IMG/VR virus record: IMGVR_UViG_2877274432_000013
Origin: a virus
Lineage: Duplodnaviria; Heunggongvirae; Uroviricota; Caudoviricetes
Length of the DNA: 48,880 nt
Direction: 5' to 3' (one strand)
Part shown: positions 31,381-41,508 of the stretch, piece by piece
Layout of the letters: each line of letters starts with the position of its first letter
Position numbering within the stretch: the first letter of the stretch is position 1
Position numbers and translations under genes: made by a program
Notes under the pieces: generated by a model
Told to the model about the DNA's origin: nothing
The model's input: the letters and a program-made list of their open reading frames with translations, nothing else
The model's database searches: none

Positions 31381-33002
31381 CAGGCCTGTCTCCCTAGCAG
31401 CTCCCAGATGTTCAGGGCTGAATTCATTGGGGCATAGTTGATCATCACCGAGTCGGCAAGGTTTGGCGACCGGGTTCCATCAGGCTGTTTATCAATAACG
31501 ATTTTTCCCACACCATTAATGGAATAGGTCGGCTGCGAAAGCTCGATGATGAGTTTATCTTTGAGTGCCATGCTACTGCTGATTGAGATGATTTCGTCCG
31601 GGTTGTAAGCCATACCTTCAACCACGGCGCGCCAGGTATTCTGAAAAAGTTTACGTAACCGCCACCAGCTCTGGGCTTTGGCGTTAGCGAAGAAGTCCTT
31701 GTTCAGACGTGCGGCTTGCCCGTTATCCCCGCGAACAGCTTCATCATCCGGATCAAATACCGCGCCACTACCTCGAAACGGTGTGGCGAGTATTGACGGT
31801 CGACGCGCAGCGTTACGCAGTTCGTTGATAGCGCGTGCATCGCCGCGAACGCCAGCGCCCAGTCCGTCCTCGTCAAAGCGAAACTCTTCGAGGTTATCCT
31901 GTTCGCAAAAGCCGAAAACCTTCTCGACGGACTGATAAATGTCGCTGCCCACACCGGACCATTCCCGCACATTTTCCAGGAGGAAGCCATGACGGGTGGA
32001 AAAGGCATTTTTGTCCCTGCCTTCGTCGGCGACATCCATCGCGCCAAGTCGTTTGCCTGTTGGCTGGATACCCAGTTTGATATGCGCATCAACGGCAGCC
32101 TGTACCCATTCGGATGGAATCAGGACGCCTTCCGCTGATGCGCTGTAGTTCAGATCAAGTTCCTGCGCCACCACCACCGGATTGTCGATTTTCTCGCACT
32201 CCCTGCGATACCACTCTTCATCCTTGCGCGGGTCATCCCGCCAGTGGAATGTGAATACCGGTATCTTCCCGCCGTGACGCTTCTGCGCGAACGGGTTCGC
32301 CATGCCGTTAACCGAACTCAGGTCGATACGGCAACGCGTCGTTTGTGACAACGCCGCATCAATCAGCAGAGGACGCTGAAGGAATGCAGCCTCATCAACC
32401 AGATAAAGCGTGGTACGGTCACCACGACCAATATTATCGCCAGCCTCGCCTTTGATAACGGCACCAGTATCAGGAAACTCAACACGCATATATGGCGCGT
32501 GCTTCTTCTCGCTCCACGAACCGCGAAACTCTACAGGTAGTGTTTCCACGAACTTGCGCGCCTTCCAGAACAATGCTTTCGGGTCACCGGTGCTGTCGAC
32601 GTATTCCTCTTTACGGGAGCCGAAACCGATAACCATTTCTTTATTGAAGAGACAAAGCGAGCAGGCCAGTCCGATCGCGGTCCAACTGAGCCCCATTTCA
32701 CGGGATTTTTCGGTAATACCATTCTCCCGATTACCCCAGCGTTCCATAATCCAGTGGATCCACTCCTCCTGCTTAGGGAAGAGTAAAAACGGAATGGTCA
32801 CCGGCAGGCCATAATCAATATTACGCGGGTCCGTTGTCATGCCCCAGTCGATGATGAACTGAGCCGGATTGGTTCGGTAAAACTGTTTTAGTGCAGGCAA
32901 TATTTCAGGATTCTGGCGAATGCGCTGTAGGCGTTCCATCCGCCATTCAAAAACTATCTGGTAATCAGGATGTTTAAAATCGAAGGGGAATGGTAACGGC
33001 AT
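31380..33002 (-). CDS. terminase large subunit
   Basis: 540 aa with ATPase region and C-terminal nuclease region (...LYLVDEAAF...). Confidence 0.85.
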   Translation of the reverse strand: MPLPFPFDFKHPDYQIVFEWRMERLQRIRQNPEILPALKQFYRTNPAQFIIDWGMTTDPRNIDYGLPVTIPFLLFPKQEEWIHWIMERWGNRENGITEKSREMGLSWTAIGLACSLCLFNKEMVIGFGSRKEEYVDSTGDPKALFWKARKFVETLPVEFRGSWSEKKHAPYMRVEFPDTGAVIKGEAGDNIGRGDRTTLYLVDEAAFLQRPLLIDAALSQTTRCRIDLSSVNGMANPFAQKRHGGKIPVFTFHWRDDPRKDEEWYRRECEKIDNPVVVAQELDLNYSASAEGVLIPSEWVQAAVDAHIKLGIQPTGKRLGAMDVADEGRDKNAFSTRHGFLLENVREWSGVGSDIYQSVEKVFGFCEQDNLEEFRFDEDGLGAGVRGDARAINELRNAARRPSILATPFRGSGAVFDPDDEAVRGDNGQAARLNKDFFANAKAQSWWRLRKLFQNTWRAVVEGMAYNPDEIISISSSMALKDKLIIELSQPTYSINGVGKIVIDKQPDGTRSPNLADSVMINYAPMNSALNIWELLGRQA

Positions 33003-33004
33003 AC

Positions 33005-33556
33005 TTAGCCCATCATTTTTCTATACGCCTCTGCAGCCTGCTCCGGCGTTAAGTTGGTAATTTCTGTTCTGACTGGTCCTCCGTCAGCACCAGTCACTTC
33101 ATTTTTGACATTGTCTTTAAACGCCTGAACAGAAACATGACGCCCGAGCAATTCAAGGTTTTTAACCTTATCAGGCCATTTGATTTTCTTCAGAAGTGCG
33201 GCGCTATCTGCGGATGCCATCTCCACGACATCCATTCCTGATAGCGTTGTGCGCCATACCTTAGGCCAGTCTTTAATGGGCTTTAGCTCACCGTTTTGCA
33301 GGAGAATGTCGAGCACATCCATCTGGTCGATTTCAATAAGGCGATTAAGTACATATTCTGCATTAATACCAACAAGATCATTGCGTTGTGCTTTCAGTTC
33401 GGCGATTCTGAGTTGTATGTCAGGTTTTGACATGTTTTCGGACGCAGTACGGTTGGCTGTTTTTGCGCTGTACCCCGCCCGAATAGCCGCTTGCGTGGCG
33501 TTTAAATCGATGAGGTACTCGCGACAGAACATTTCTTGCTTGTCGGTGAGTGCCAT
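33005..33556 (-). CDS. terminase small subunit
   Basis: 183 aa [30 protein letters not shown]... immediately upstream of the large subunit. Confidence 0.6.
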   Translation of the reverse strand: MALTDKQEMFCREYLIDLNATQAAIRAGYSAKTANRTASENMSKPDIQLRIAELKAQRNDLVGINAEYVLNRLIEIDQMDVLDILLQNGELKPIKDWPKVWRTTLSGMDVVEMASADSAALLKKIKWPDKVKNLELLGRHVSVQAFKDNVKNEVTGADGGPVRTEITNLTPEQAAEAYRKMMG

Positions 33557-33580
33557 TTAATTACCTTTGGGAGATGCCCA

Positions 33581-34114
33581 ATGAGTTTAGAAAAATTACT
33601 AATCAAAAACAGAAAGTGCGGTTCATGCTCTGTGTGCTGCACTTCGCTACGAATTGAACAGCCAACGTTAAAAAAGTTGGCTGACATCCCATGCCAGCAC
33701 CTTAAACATCAGGGAGGATGTGCAATTTATGATGAACGCCCTTCTGTTTGCCGCACTTGGTATTGCGGATGGCGAATTCTGGATATAGGACCAGAGATGC
33801 GTCCTGATCGGAGTGGAGTTCTAATCCGTTATGATGGATCATCACTCTGCTTTCAACCCGTAGACAAAAACCGCGTATCTGCTTTGATCGAACCAGAGCC
33901 TCTGCGAATTTTGGGTGGCCTGATAGATCAAGGTATGAAAGTGGAAATATCGGTTCCAACAAAGGAAGGGTATTGCTCAGCCAATATTAATGTCACTGAG
34001 CATATGTCAGAGGTTGTAAAAAGCAGAGAGTATGTAAAAATGCGTTCGGCTCTTTTGGCGCTCATTCAATTCGCATCACGAGCAAAGACAGATCCAGTAG
34101 AACCGCTGGAATGA
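33581..34114 (+). CDS. YkgJ/UPF0153-family cysteine-cluster protein (CxxCxxCC)
   Basis: Start MSLEKLL... with GGAG ribosome-binding site; motifs CGSCSVCC and GGCAIYDERPSVCRTWYC; transcribed antisense to flanking late genes. Confidence 0.65.
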   Translation: MSLEKLLIKNRKCGSCSVCCTSLRIEQPTLKKLADIPCQHLKHQGGCAIYDERPSVCRTWYCGWRILDIGPEMRPDRSGVLIRYDGSSLCFQPVDKNRVSALIEPEPLRILGGLIDQGMKVEISVPTKEGYCSANINVTEHMSEVVKSREYVKMRSALLALIQFASRAKTDPVEPLE

Positions 34115-34122
34115 TTATTCAG

Positions 34123-34146
34123 GTCGGGTTTAACACCCGGCTTTTT
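34123..34146 (+). terminator. rho-independent terminator after the YkgJ-like gene
   Basis: GTCGGGT-TTAAC-ACCCGGC followed by TTTTT. Confidence 0.5.
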
Positions 34147-34389
34147 GAAATGGTACTCATTGCATCGCTTAATTTTCTTTAAATGAGAAACGTCCTCTTT
34201 CTTAACTGAAGACATTAATTCTTTATCAGTTCGAACATTCATTTTTTTCCATTGCATGATCTTCGCTAATTTATAATTTGCAGTTCTCCTGCAACGATTT
34301 GTTATGTGATAGGATATCTCTCTTCGTTTGGCGGTCCATTACTTCAATATCGTGATCATTAAGGTATAGGCTTTGTAATGCCTACATGG

Positions 34390-34869
34390 TTAAATGATTT
34401 GCCAGTCTTCAGCCATCAGGTCGCCAATGGATGGAGCCCATGTAGCAAGGCGGTTCTGTGAGTTTTTCAATACAAGCGTGTCATTGAAAGTTGGCTCGCC
34501 AACATATTCGCCAAAGCCATAACCCAACGCAGACGCTAATTTTTCTCCTTTCACGAGATAAACAAACTGATCTTTCCCATTCCATCCTGCCCGCTGCAAA
34601 CTTTTGCCCTGTTTTAACGCTTCCATGGCAAGGCCGAAACTTAGCCCTGATACCGGACGATAAGCCTTTTCGAATACTTCTTTTGGACTCCAGCTAACGT
34701 AGCCATCAAAGCGATCGGTGTTAGGTTTTCCGCCATCCAGATATTCAACCAGATAGCCTTCGTCCTCGCCGTTTTCTCCGGCAGGAAGCTGCCAGCCACG
34801 AAAATCGTTATATGCCTGTCTCGTCATCGGAAAGGCGTTAATCAGTTTTACGCCAATATGCTGGGTCAT
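34390..34869 (-). CDS. hypothetical protein with 'GWNGK'-containing domain (possibly DUF2829-like)
   Basis: Internal ATG (MTQHIGVKLINAF...); ...FGLAMEALKQGKSLQRAGWNGKDQFVYLVKG...; between the lysis cassette and terminase. Confidence 0.4.
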   Translation of the reverse strand: MTQHIGVKLINAFPMTRQAYNDFRGWQLPAGENGEDEGYLVEYLDGGKPNTDRFDGYVSWSPKEVFEKAYRPVSGLSFGLAMEALKQGKSLQRAGWNGKDQFVYLVKGEKLASALGYGFGEYVGEPTFNDTLVLKNSQNRLATWAPSIGDLMAEDWQII

Positions 34870-35091
34870 AAAATTACCTATGGAGTTGGGAATAAAAAAA
34901 CCCCGCGAATGCGAGGCTAAATCCTGGTGTTTGTGATGACTGGCTCTTATCTCAACGCAGCCCCTTACCGCGCGCCAGATGCTCAATATCAAGCATCAGC
35001 AATGAGATGTTTAATCTGGATTCACTCCAGAAGTGATCACCACCCTGTCTACAGAGCCAGATGTGAAGGATGATGAGTAGAATTATCGCTA

Positions 35092-35529
35092 TCATCGAAG
35101 GCATTGCGTCCTGATGTATTCCTGCAGGTAGTTAACCTGCGCGGTTATCCTGTCGATTCCGCTTCGGAGACGGTAATAATTAAGTTCAGCATCTGCTGTA
35201 AGTCTTGGGCTTTCTCCATCGCCCATGCTGCTGGCTCCGGTCGTTGACTTTGCACAGGTGGCGGCGACTTGCAGGCGCTTACGACCAGCAGAAACATCAG
35301 CACGGAGACTTTCAATAGTCGCGTTAGCATCAGCAAGCTCCTTTGTGTATCTGGCGTCGAGTTCTGCTACGTCACGTTGACGCTTCTGCATATCAGCGAT
35401 GATGGATGTGGCTTTATCTCGCTGTTCTTTGTAGGCGATGGCGTTATCACGGTAATGATTAACAGCCCATGACAGGCAGACGATGATGCAAATAACCAGA
35501 GCGGAGATAATCGCGGTTACTCTGCTCAT
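35092..35529 (-). CDS. Rz: Rz i-spanin
   Basis: 145 aa, N-terminal TM anchor plus coiled coil; start overlaps R stop. Confidence 0.85.
   Translation of the reverse strand: MSRVTAIISALVICIIVCLSWAVNHYRDNAIAYKEQRDKATSIIADMQKRQRDVAELDARYTKELADANATIESLRADVSAGRKRLQVAATCAKSTTGASSMGDGESPRLTADAELNYYRLRSGIDRITAQVNYLQEYIRTQCLR
35145..35336 (-). CDS. Rz1: Rz1 o-spanin lipoprotein, embedded in Rz in the +1 frame
   Basis: 63 aa with lipobox ...VVSAC and a Pro-rich mature region. Confidence 0.8.
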   Translation of the reverse strand: MLMLTRLLKVSVLMFLLVVSACKSPPPVQSQRPEPAAWAMEKAQDLQQMLNLIITVSEAESTG

Positions 35530-36002
35530 ACCTCAATCTCTCTGACCGTTCCGCCAGCCTCTTTGAATTTTGCAATCAGGCTGTCAGCCTTATGCTCGAA
35601 CTGACCATAACCAGCGCCAGGCAGTGAAGCCCAGATATTGCTGCAACGGTCGATAGCCTGACGAATATCACCGCGATCAATCATCGGTAAAGCGCCACGC
35701 TCTTTAATCTGCTGTAGTGCAACAGCGTCCTGGCTTTTCGGAGAGAAGTCTTTCAGCCCAAGCTGCTTACGGTATGCATCCCACCAACGGGAAAGAAGCT
35801 GGTAACGTCCGGCTGCTGTTGATTTGAGTTTGGGGTTTAGCGTGACAAGTTTGCGAGGGTGATCTGAGTAATCAGTGAATAGCTCTCCACCAACAATGAC
35901 GTCATAACCATGATTTCTGGTTTTCTGCCGTCCGTTATCAGTTCCCTCTGACCACGCCAGCATATCGAGGAACGCCTTACGTTGATTATTGATTTCCACC
36001 AT
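35526..36002 (-). CDS. R: endolysin R (lambda-type lytic transglycosylase)
   Basis: 158 aa [35 protein letters not shown]..., essentially lambda R. Confidence 0.95.
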   Translation of the reverse strand: MVEINNQRKAFLDMLAWSEGTDNGRQKTRNHGYDVIVGGELFTDYSDHPRKLVTLNPKLKSTAAGRYQLLSRWWDAYRKQLGLKDFSPKSQDAVALQQIKERGALPMIDRGDIRQAIDRCSNIWASLPGAGYGQFEHKADSLIAKFKEAGGTVREIEV

Positions 36003-36309
36003 CTTCTACTCCGGCTTTTTTAGCAGCGAAGCGTTTGATAAGCGAACCAATCGAGTCAGTACCGATGTAGCCGATGAACACGCTCGTTATATAAGCGAGA
36101 TTGCTACTTAGTCCGGCAAGGTCGAGAAGATCACGAATGAACCAGGCGATAATGGCGCACATCGTTGCGTCGATTACTGTTTTTGTAAACGCACCGCCAT
36201 TATATCTGCCGCGAAGGTACGCCATTGCAAACGCAAGGATTGCCCCGATGCCTTGTTCCTTTGCCGCGAGAATGGCGGCTAACAGGTCATGTTTTTCTGG
36301 CATCTTCAT
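35986..36309 (-). CDS. S: holin S (lambda S107/S105 dual-start)
   Basis: [35 protein letters not shown]...; Met1-Lys2-Met3 dual start. Confidence 0.95.
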   Translation of the reverse strand: MKMPEKHDLLAAILAAKEQGIGAILAFAMAYLRGRYNGGAFTKTVIDATMCAIIAWFIRDLLDLAGLSSNLAYITSVFIGYIGTDSIGSLIKRFAAKKAGVEDGGNQ

Positions 36310-36434
36310 GTCTTACCCCCAATAAGGGGATTTGCTCTATTTAATTAGGAATAAGGTCGATTACTGATAGAACAAATCCAGGCTACTGTGTTTAGTAATC
36401 AGATTTGTTCGTGACCGATATGCACGGGCAAAAC

Positions 36435-36464
36435 GGCAGGAGGTTGTTAGCGCGACCTCCTGCC
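36435..36464 (-). terminator. tR'-like terminator hairpin between tRNAs and S
   Basis: Perfect 10-bp stem GGCAGGAGGT / ACCTCCTGCC followed by GUUUU on the minus-strand transcript. Confidence 0.5.
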
Positions 36465-36552
36465 ACCCGCTTTCACGAAGGTCATGTGTAGAAGGCCGCA
36501 GCGTAACTATCACTGATGAATTCAGGATAGCCAGTGGCTACGGCTCAGTTAT

Positions 36553-36628
36553 GGTGCTGGTTAACGGACTTGAACCGCTACCCATTCGCTTACAAGGCGA
36601 CTGCTCTACCATTGGAGCTAAACCAGCA
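36553..36628 (-). tRNA. phage tRNA, anticodon UGU by hand folding (tRNA-Thr-like)
   Basis: 76 nt: 7-bp acceptor stem, D-loop with GG, T-arm AGCGG-TTCAAGT-CCGTT, discriminator A plus CCA; one G-A mismatch at base of anticodon stem. Confidence 0.55.
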
Positions 36629-36632
36629 TGTT

Positions 36633-36707
36633 TGGCGGGACAGCGTGGACTCGAACCACGATAAGAAGGTTAACAGCCTTCCGTAATGACCTTTATACGA
36701 CTGACCC
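36633..36707 (-). tRNA. phage tRNA, anticodon GUU by hand folding (tRNA-Asn-like)
   Basis: 75 nt: perfect anticodon stem GAAGG/CCTTC and T-arm CGTGG-TTCGAGT-CCACG, CCA end; one mismatch each in acceptor and D stems. Confidence 0.5.
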
Positions 36708-36770
36708 AAATAAAAAAAGCCACCGTTGCAACTTAAGAGTCACTAACGGCAGCTTACCCTCTAATTATGG

Positions 36771-37289
36771 CTAAATGGCTAATTGCATGTCAAGGCTTTT
36801 AACGGCAACATGCTTAACTTTCTCAACACGTTTACGCATTTTGAAAGCATTTTGCATTGGTTGGTACAAAACAAATAACGACGCTTTCAGGATGTCGTCA
36901 ATTTCATTTCTACAGGTTGCCAGTGAAGGTTTTCTCCATCCCTCACCACCACGCCCACACATCTTGCGTGGCTTTGCAGTCGCGTGATAGTAGGATGCAA
37001 TTGCTCGCTTAGATGAACCATGAGCGTAGTAGCTGAGGAGGATGCCAAAGGCTTTCTTGTCAATGTACATGACGGAATCGACGACCTGAGAAATCAACAT
37101 TCCATCATCATCATTACACATTGGCCTTGTAATAACTCTTCCCGGTTCTACGCTCTCCATGAACTTCGCTATTACGCTGCTCATGCGCTTTTCCAGACGA
37201 CCTGAATAAACCCATGCGCCCCACAGTTCAAGCCAGCCATTCAGCCACTCATGCTGTTCTTTGGTGAGGTTTAGTTCTCTTATGCCCAC
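36771..37289 (-). CDS. late-gene antiterminator Q-like protein (not lambda Q)
   Basis: 172 aa between ninI and the tRNA/lysis block; ...LELWGAWV... resembles Q-family proteins; first codon GTG, true start uncertain. Confidence 0.5.
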   Translation of the reverse strand: MGIRELNLTKEQHEWLNGWLELWGAWVYSGRLEKRMSSVIAKFMESVEPGRVITRPMCNDDDGMLISQVVDSVMYIDKKAFGILLSYYAHGSSKRAIASYYHATAKPRKMCGRGGEGWRKPSLATCRNEIDDILKASLFVLYQPMQNAFKMRKRVEKVKHVAVKSLDMQLAI

Positions 37290-37951
37290 GCGCCTTCTCC
37301 CTGTACCTGAATCAATGTGAGATTTCCGCAGAACACTGCGCCGGTATCGATATACATCTGGTTGGCAAATTTGAGCGGTTTCACAGCTGGCGTATGACCA
37401 AAGATGAACGTGTCTGCGCCTTTAATTTCTTTCACGATCCCGTCTTGTGAGTTGCTGATTCGTTCGCGGTTCCAGATTACCTGCTGATGATCAACTGGCT
37501 TTCCAAACTCGTATTCGTCACAAGGATAATCGGCGTGGCAGATGACATATTTTTTATCTTTGCTCACCAGTTCGATGATTAACGGAAGTTCTTCTGCTTT
37601 ATGGGCAAGAGCTTTAGCCAGAATTTCTTTGTCGTAATCGAGATTAAAGAACCAGCCACCGCCATTAAACAGCCAGTGATTGACGTTTCCACGCTCTGAT
37701 AAGCCATCAATCATCATTTGCTCATGGTTTCCACGTACAGCTCGGAACCAGGGGAATGTGATTAATTCCAGACATTCGACGTTCTCTGTACCGCGATCGA
37801 CCAAATCGCCAACCGAGATAAGCAGGTCTTTTTTGGTGTCGAATCCTATCGTCTCCAGTTTTTTCATCAGGTTCGTGTAGCATCCGTGCAGATCGCCAAC
37901 TACCCAAATATTTCGGTATTTGCTGCCATCAATTCTTTCGTAATAGCGCAT
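37280..37951 (-). CDS. ninI: Ser/Thr protein phosphatase NinI (lambda PPase)
   Basis: Internal start [25 protein letters not shown]...; metallophosphatase motifs GDLVDRG, GNHE. Confidence 0.9.
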   Translation of the reverse strand: MRYYERIDGSKYRNIWVVGDLHGCYTNLMKKLETIGFDTKKDLLISVGDLVDRGTENVECLELITFPWFRAVRGNHEQMMIDGLSERGNVNHWLFNGGGWFFNLDYDKEILAKALAHKAEELPLIIELVSKDKKYVICHADYPCDEYEFGKPVDHQQVIWNRERISNSQDGIVKEIKGADTFIFGHTPAVKPLKFANQMYIDTGAVFCGNLTLIQVQGEGAWA

Positions 37952-38135
37952 CTCTTTCACTCCATCCGCGATGAACCATAAGAACGTCGTTGACGATGGC
38001 GTGCATTTTCCCGTCTTTATCATCAACGTATTTTCTGACCGTGCCGCGACTACATTTCAGTCTGCGTGCTACTTCTGTCTGGTTTCCGTATGCTTCAACG
38101 AGCATGTCTGGAATGGTTTTTACTGAGAACGTCAT
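37929..38135 (-). CDS. ninH: NinH
   Basis: 68 aa [36 protein letters not shown]... Confidence 0.9.
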   Translation of the reverse strand: MTFSVKTIPDMLVEAYGNQTEVARRLKCSRGTVRKYVDDKDGKMHAIVNDVLMVHRGWSERDALLRKN

Positions 38136-38743
38136 GCGGCCTCACTTCTGCTATTTCGCAGGTCTTTGAGTTTCTGTTGGTACTCTGCCTTGATCGCCTT
38201 GCACTCTTCGACAGTCCAGCGATGGCGGTTATGGTTTGATTCGATTTCGTCTACTGCTTCCTGCCCGATCCGGTTAATCAGTTCGACGCGATACGGAACG
38301 AGATTTCCGCTTTTGTGCTGGTTGCACACCACGCATTGCTTGTGAATATTGCGTTCATCAAATCGGAGTTGAGGTGCCGCAGCAGTTGTCCGGTAATGTC
38401 CGGCATCCCACTGAGCAGACGTGAGCGTTCCGCACGAGATACATGGTAAGTCGCGGTCTCTTTCTCTGATGAAGGCGTTTACGGCTTGTTGGGCTTGTTT
38501 AATCCAGTAACTGCGGGGCTTTAAGGCGAGTTTTCTAATCTTAAGTTTATCTTTCTGTTTCTGCTCCTCTCGTCGTCGTTTCTTCTCTGCTGCTTTTTCC
38601 GCTTTTTCGCGTTCTTTACTTCGTCGTTCGAGTGCTATCTTGGTTCCACACTCTGGAGAGCACCACCACTGATTAGCGAATGCAGGGTGAAACCATTCCC
38701 GACATTCATCGTTTTTACATCGTCTTCGCGCTGGTTTAGCCAT
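38132..38743 (-). CDS. ninG: NinG (Rap recombination endonuclease)
   Basis: 203 aa [33 protein letters not shown]... Confidence 0.9.
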   Translation of the reverse strand: MAKPARRRCKNDECREWFHPAFANQWWCSPECGTKIALERRSKEREKAEKAAEKKRRREEQKQKDKLKIRKLALKPRSYWIKQAQQAVNAFIRERDRDLPCISCGTLTSAQWDAGHYRTTAAAPQLRFDERNIHKQCVVCNQHKSGNLVPYRVELINRIGQEAVDEIESNHNRHRWTVEECKAIKAEYQQKLKDLRNSRSEAA

Positions 38744-38912
38744 CGTCTTCTTCCTCGTACATTGAGCTATTCGGATCGCTCATCAGTTCTGCGCAGCAAT
38801 CTGAGCACACGTGAACTTCCAGCACATGCAGCTTCTGACCGCAGTTAGCGCACGTTAAAGCTCGCTCGACGCTTTCTTTCTGGTATTGGATGGATTGGGA
38901 TGGGCTAAGCAT
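38736..38912 (-). CDS. ninF: NinF
   Basis: Internal start [36 protein letters not shown]... Confidence 0.8.
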   Translation of the reverse strand: MLSPSQSIQYQKESVERALTCANCGQKLHVLEVHVCSDCCAELMSDPNSSMYEEEDDG

Positions 38913-39306
38913 GGCTTTCACCATTAAAAAGTCGCTTGTAAGCATCAATGTCTCGTTTTGCTTCACCGAGCTTTCGTCTTAATTCCATGTTTTCTGATTC
39001 AAGCTTTTCCATGTCTTGTTGGTATCGATCGCGGTGTTCTTTCCATGCTTTTCGATACGCCTTCATGTATGTCGTTTTGGCCTTTCTCTTTGCCTGACGA
39101 ACAGCGTGATGGTTTTCTACAAACCACTCAGGGTCGTTAAATGCTGCTCTGGCGCATGTAGACAAATAATTTGCGGCCTCCCTGTTTAGCCAACAAATAC
39201 TGATAAATGGCAACTTGATAAGCACCATTTTTCGTTGAGACTCTTTCTCGCCAAACATGTGCCATTTTTTGATGCTAAGGCCAAATCCAGGTTGAATTAA
39301 AAGCAT
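38905..39306 (-). CDS. hypothetical protein inserted between ninE and ninF
   Basis: About 133 aa with basic/coiled-coil C-terminus; start chosen by proximity to ninE stop. Confidence 0.45.
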   Translation of the reverse strand: MLLIQPGFGLSIKKWHMFGEKESQRKMVLIKLPFISICWLNREAANYLSTCARAAFNDPEWFVENHHAVRQAKRKAKTTYMKAYRKAWKEHRDRYQQDMEKLESENMELRRKLGEAKRDIDAYKRLFNGESHA

Positions 39307-39308
39307 TG

Positions 39309-39485
39309 TCATTTCCTCGCACGATGTCTTAGCCACCGGATATCCCACAGGTGAGCCGTGTAGTTGAAGGTTTTTACGTCAGATTCTTTTGGGATTGGCT
39401 TGCGTTTATTTCTGGAGCGTTTCGTTGGAAGGTATTTGCAGTTTTCGCAGATGATGTCGGTGATACTTCGTCGCTGTCGCCTCAT
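39309..39485 (-). CDS. ninE: NinE
   Basis: Internal start [38 protein letters not shown]... Confidence 0.8.
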   Translation of the reverse strand: MRRQRRSITDIICENCKYLPTKRSRNKRKPIPKESDVKTFNYTAHLWDIRWLRHRARK

Positions 39486-40009
39486 GCCGCCCTCCTGACG
39501 CCCTGCCCGATCGCCATCAATGCCGCTTTGGATACGGTAGTAAACATCCGTCGAGGACTGATGAACGGTCGCCAAATCAGCAGCATGGAGCCTTTGCTGT
39601 TTCCCTTCTTCTCCAGCCCTGTCGATGGTTCGATAAAATTAATCCGTCCATCAGTGATAATGCGAACTTCGTCGACACTCTCCAGAGCCTTGCTGAACCA
39701 TCCGACTGACATATCCTCTGGCACAAGCATAACTACCGTCTGTCGCTGTTGTATGCACTGCTCAGCGGCTTTTTCCACCCACGGCCTGATATTGCTGTAC
39801 GGTGGGTTATTCCAGATTGCACCGTGGCTTATCCACTCAGAATTTAGCGCGTCGTCGGCCTCAGTTAACCAGTGAGTGCACAGAGCATTTTTGTCGCTCG
39901 CTGCCGAATCCAGCCAGAATCCAAACTCAATATCCAGTGCATCAAAAAGCCAAAGCGGCGTTTGCCAGCAGTCCTTGTCGTGTGCTGGCGTATTTGATTT
40001 GATAGTCAT
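39482..40009 (-). CDS. phage DNA N6-adenine methyltransferase (Dam-type)
   Basis: Start [23 protein letters not shown]...; NPPY motif ([10 protein letters not shown]); ATGA overlaps with ninB and ninE. Confidence 0.8.
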   Translation of the reverse strand: MTIKSNTPAHDKDCWQTPLWLFDALDIEFGFWLDSAASDKNALCTHWLTEADDALNSEWISHGAIWNNPPYSNIRPWVEKAAEQCIQQRQTVVMLVPEDMSVGWFSKALESVDEVRIITDGRINFIEPSTGLEKKGNSKGSMLLIWRPFISPRRMFTTVSKAALMAIGQGVRRAA

Positions 40010-40446
40010 GCAGCCCGATCTCCCCATCGCGCTTTCCATTCGAGAGCCAGTCGCACTTCGTCTGACCACTTAACGCCACGCTCTGTACCGAATGCCTGTA
40101 TAAGCTCTAATAGCTCCGCAAATTCGTTTACACGCATCCTGCTGGTTGACTGGCCTATTACCACAAAGCCATTCCCGGCAAGGTTAGGAACAACATCCTG
40201 CTGCTTTAATGCTGCGGTAAACACACACTTCCAGCTTTCTGCATCCAGCCAGCGACCATGCCATTCAACCTGACGAGAGACGTCACCTAAGCAGGCCCAT
40301 AGCTTCCTGTTTTGGTCTAAGCTGCGGTTGCGTTCCTGAATGGTTACTACGATTGGTTTGGTTGGGTCTGGAAGGATTTGCTGTACTGCGTGAATAGCGT
40401 TTTGCTGATGTGCTGGAGATCGAATTTCAAAGGTTAGTTTTTTCAT
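40006..40446 (-). CDS. ninB: NinB (Orf recombination mediator)
   Basis: Internal start MKKLTFEIRSPAHQQNAIHAVQQILPDPTKPIVVTIQ... Confidence 0.9.
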   Translation of the reverse strand: MKKLTFEIRSPAHQQNAIHAVQQILPDPTKPIVVTIQERNRSLDQNRKLWACLGDVSRQVEWHGRWLDAESWKCVFTAALKQQDVVPNLAGNGFVVIGQSTSRMRVNEFAELLELIQAFGTERGVKWSDEVRLALEWKARWGDRAA

Positions 40447-40519
40447 GACTTCCCTCTCCCCCAAATAAAAAGGCCTGCGATTACCAGCAGGCCTGTTATT
40501 AGCTCAGTAATGTAGATGG

Positions 40520-40810
40520 TCATCTTTTAACTCCATATACCGCCAATACCCGTTTCATCGCGGCACTCTGGCGACACTCCTTAAAAATCAGGTTCGTGCT
40601 CATCTTTCCTTCCCGTTCTTCCCTGGTAGCAAACCGGTAATACACCGTTCGCCAGACCTTACCTTCGATAACCAGAAGACCTGCCCGTGCCATTTTAGCC
40701 GCGGCCTGATTTATGCTGGTTACTGTTGCGCCTGTTAGCGCGGCAACGTCCGGCGCACAGAAGCTATTATGCGTCCCCAGGTAATGAATAATTGCCTCTT
40801 TGCCCGTCAT
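40520..40810 (-). CDS. ren: Ren
   Basis: 96 aa MTGKEAIIHYLGTHNSFCAPDVAALTGATVTSINQ... Confidence 0.9.
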   Translation of the reverse strand: MTGKEAIIHYLGTHNSFCAPDVAALTGATVTSINQAAAKMARAGLLVIEGKVWRTVYYRFATREEREGKMSTNLIFKECRQSAAMKRVLAVYGVKR

Positions 40811-41508
40811 ACACTTGCTCCTTTCAGTCCGAACTTAGCTTTGATTTCTGCGATCTTCGCCAGAGCCTGTGCACGATTTAGAGGTCTACCGCCCATGACA
40901 GGAAGTTGTTTTACTGGTTCAGGGATCGCCTCACCACGGTTAATTCTCGCAGTCATATGGACAAGCTCATCTGCGGCCTTACGGCGTAATTCCGCATCAG
41001 TAAGCGCATTGGCCCGCATGTTCTGATACAGGTTGGTAACCAGCCAGTAGTGCGCGTTTGATTTCCACGGATAAGACTCCGCATCCGGATACAGGCCTCG
41101 CTTCCGGCAATACTCGTAAACCATATCAACCAGCTCGCTGACGTTTGGCAGTCCGGCGATAACGGATGCTTCTTCCCGGCACCATGCAACAAACTGCCCG
41201 GGTGATGGCAGAAATGGTCGATTCTGCCGACGGGCTACGCGCATTCCTGCGTTAACCTGTTCCATTGTGGTGATCCCGTTTTCCCGGAAAGCCAGAACCC
41301 ACTGGCGGCGGATTTCGTTCAGTTCGTTCTGGTCACGGTTAGCCAGACTCGCCGGGAAAGTTGCCAGTAACTGGCTGAACACACCGTTGATGATCTGCGC
41401 TACCTGCTGTATCTGCGGCTTTTCGTCGTACTGTTCCGGCATGTTGTTGGCGATCCGACGCATCTGCTCACGGTCAAAGTTAACCATCTGTGCGGCGATG
41501 TTTTTCAT
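40807..41508 (-). CDS. P: replication protein P (DnaB loader)
   Basis: 233 aa MKNIAAQMVNFDREQMRRIANNMPEQYDEKPQ... Confidence 0.95.
   Translation of the reverse strand: MKNIAAQMVNFDREQMRRIANNMPEQYDEKPQIQQVAQIINGVFSQLLATFPASLANRDQNELNEIRRQWVLAFRENGITTMEQVNAGMRVARRQNRPFLPSPGQFVAWCREEASVIAGLPNVSELVDMVYEYCRKRGLYPDAESYPWKSNAHYWLVTNLYQNMRANALTDAELRRKAADELVHMTARINRGEAIPEPVKQLPVMGGRPLNRAQALAKIAEIKAKFGLKGASV

Noticed and set aside
34066..34257. 63-aa minus-strand ORF overlapping the 3' end and terminator of the YkgJ-like gene
   Set aside because: Overlaps a better-supported gene and its terminator hairpin; Lys-rich low-complexity translation.
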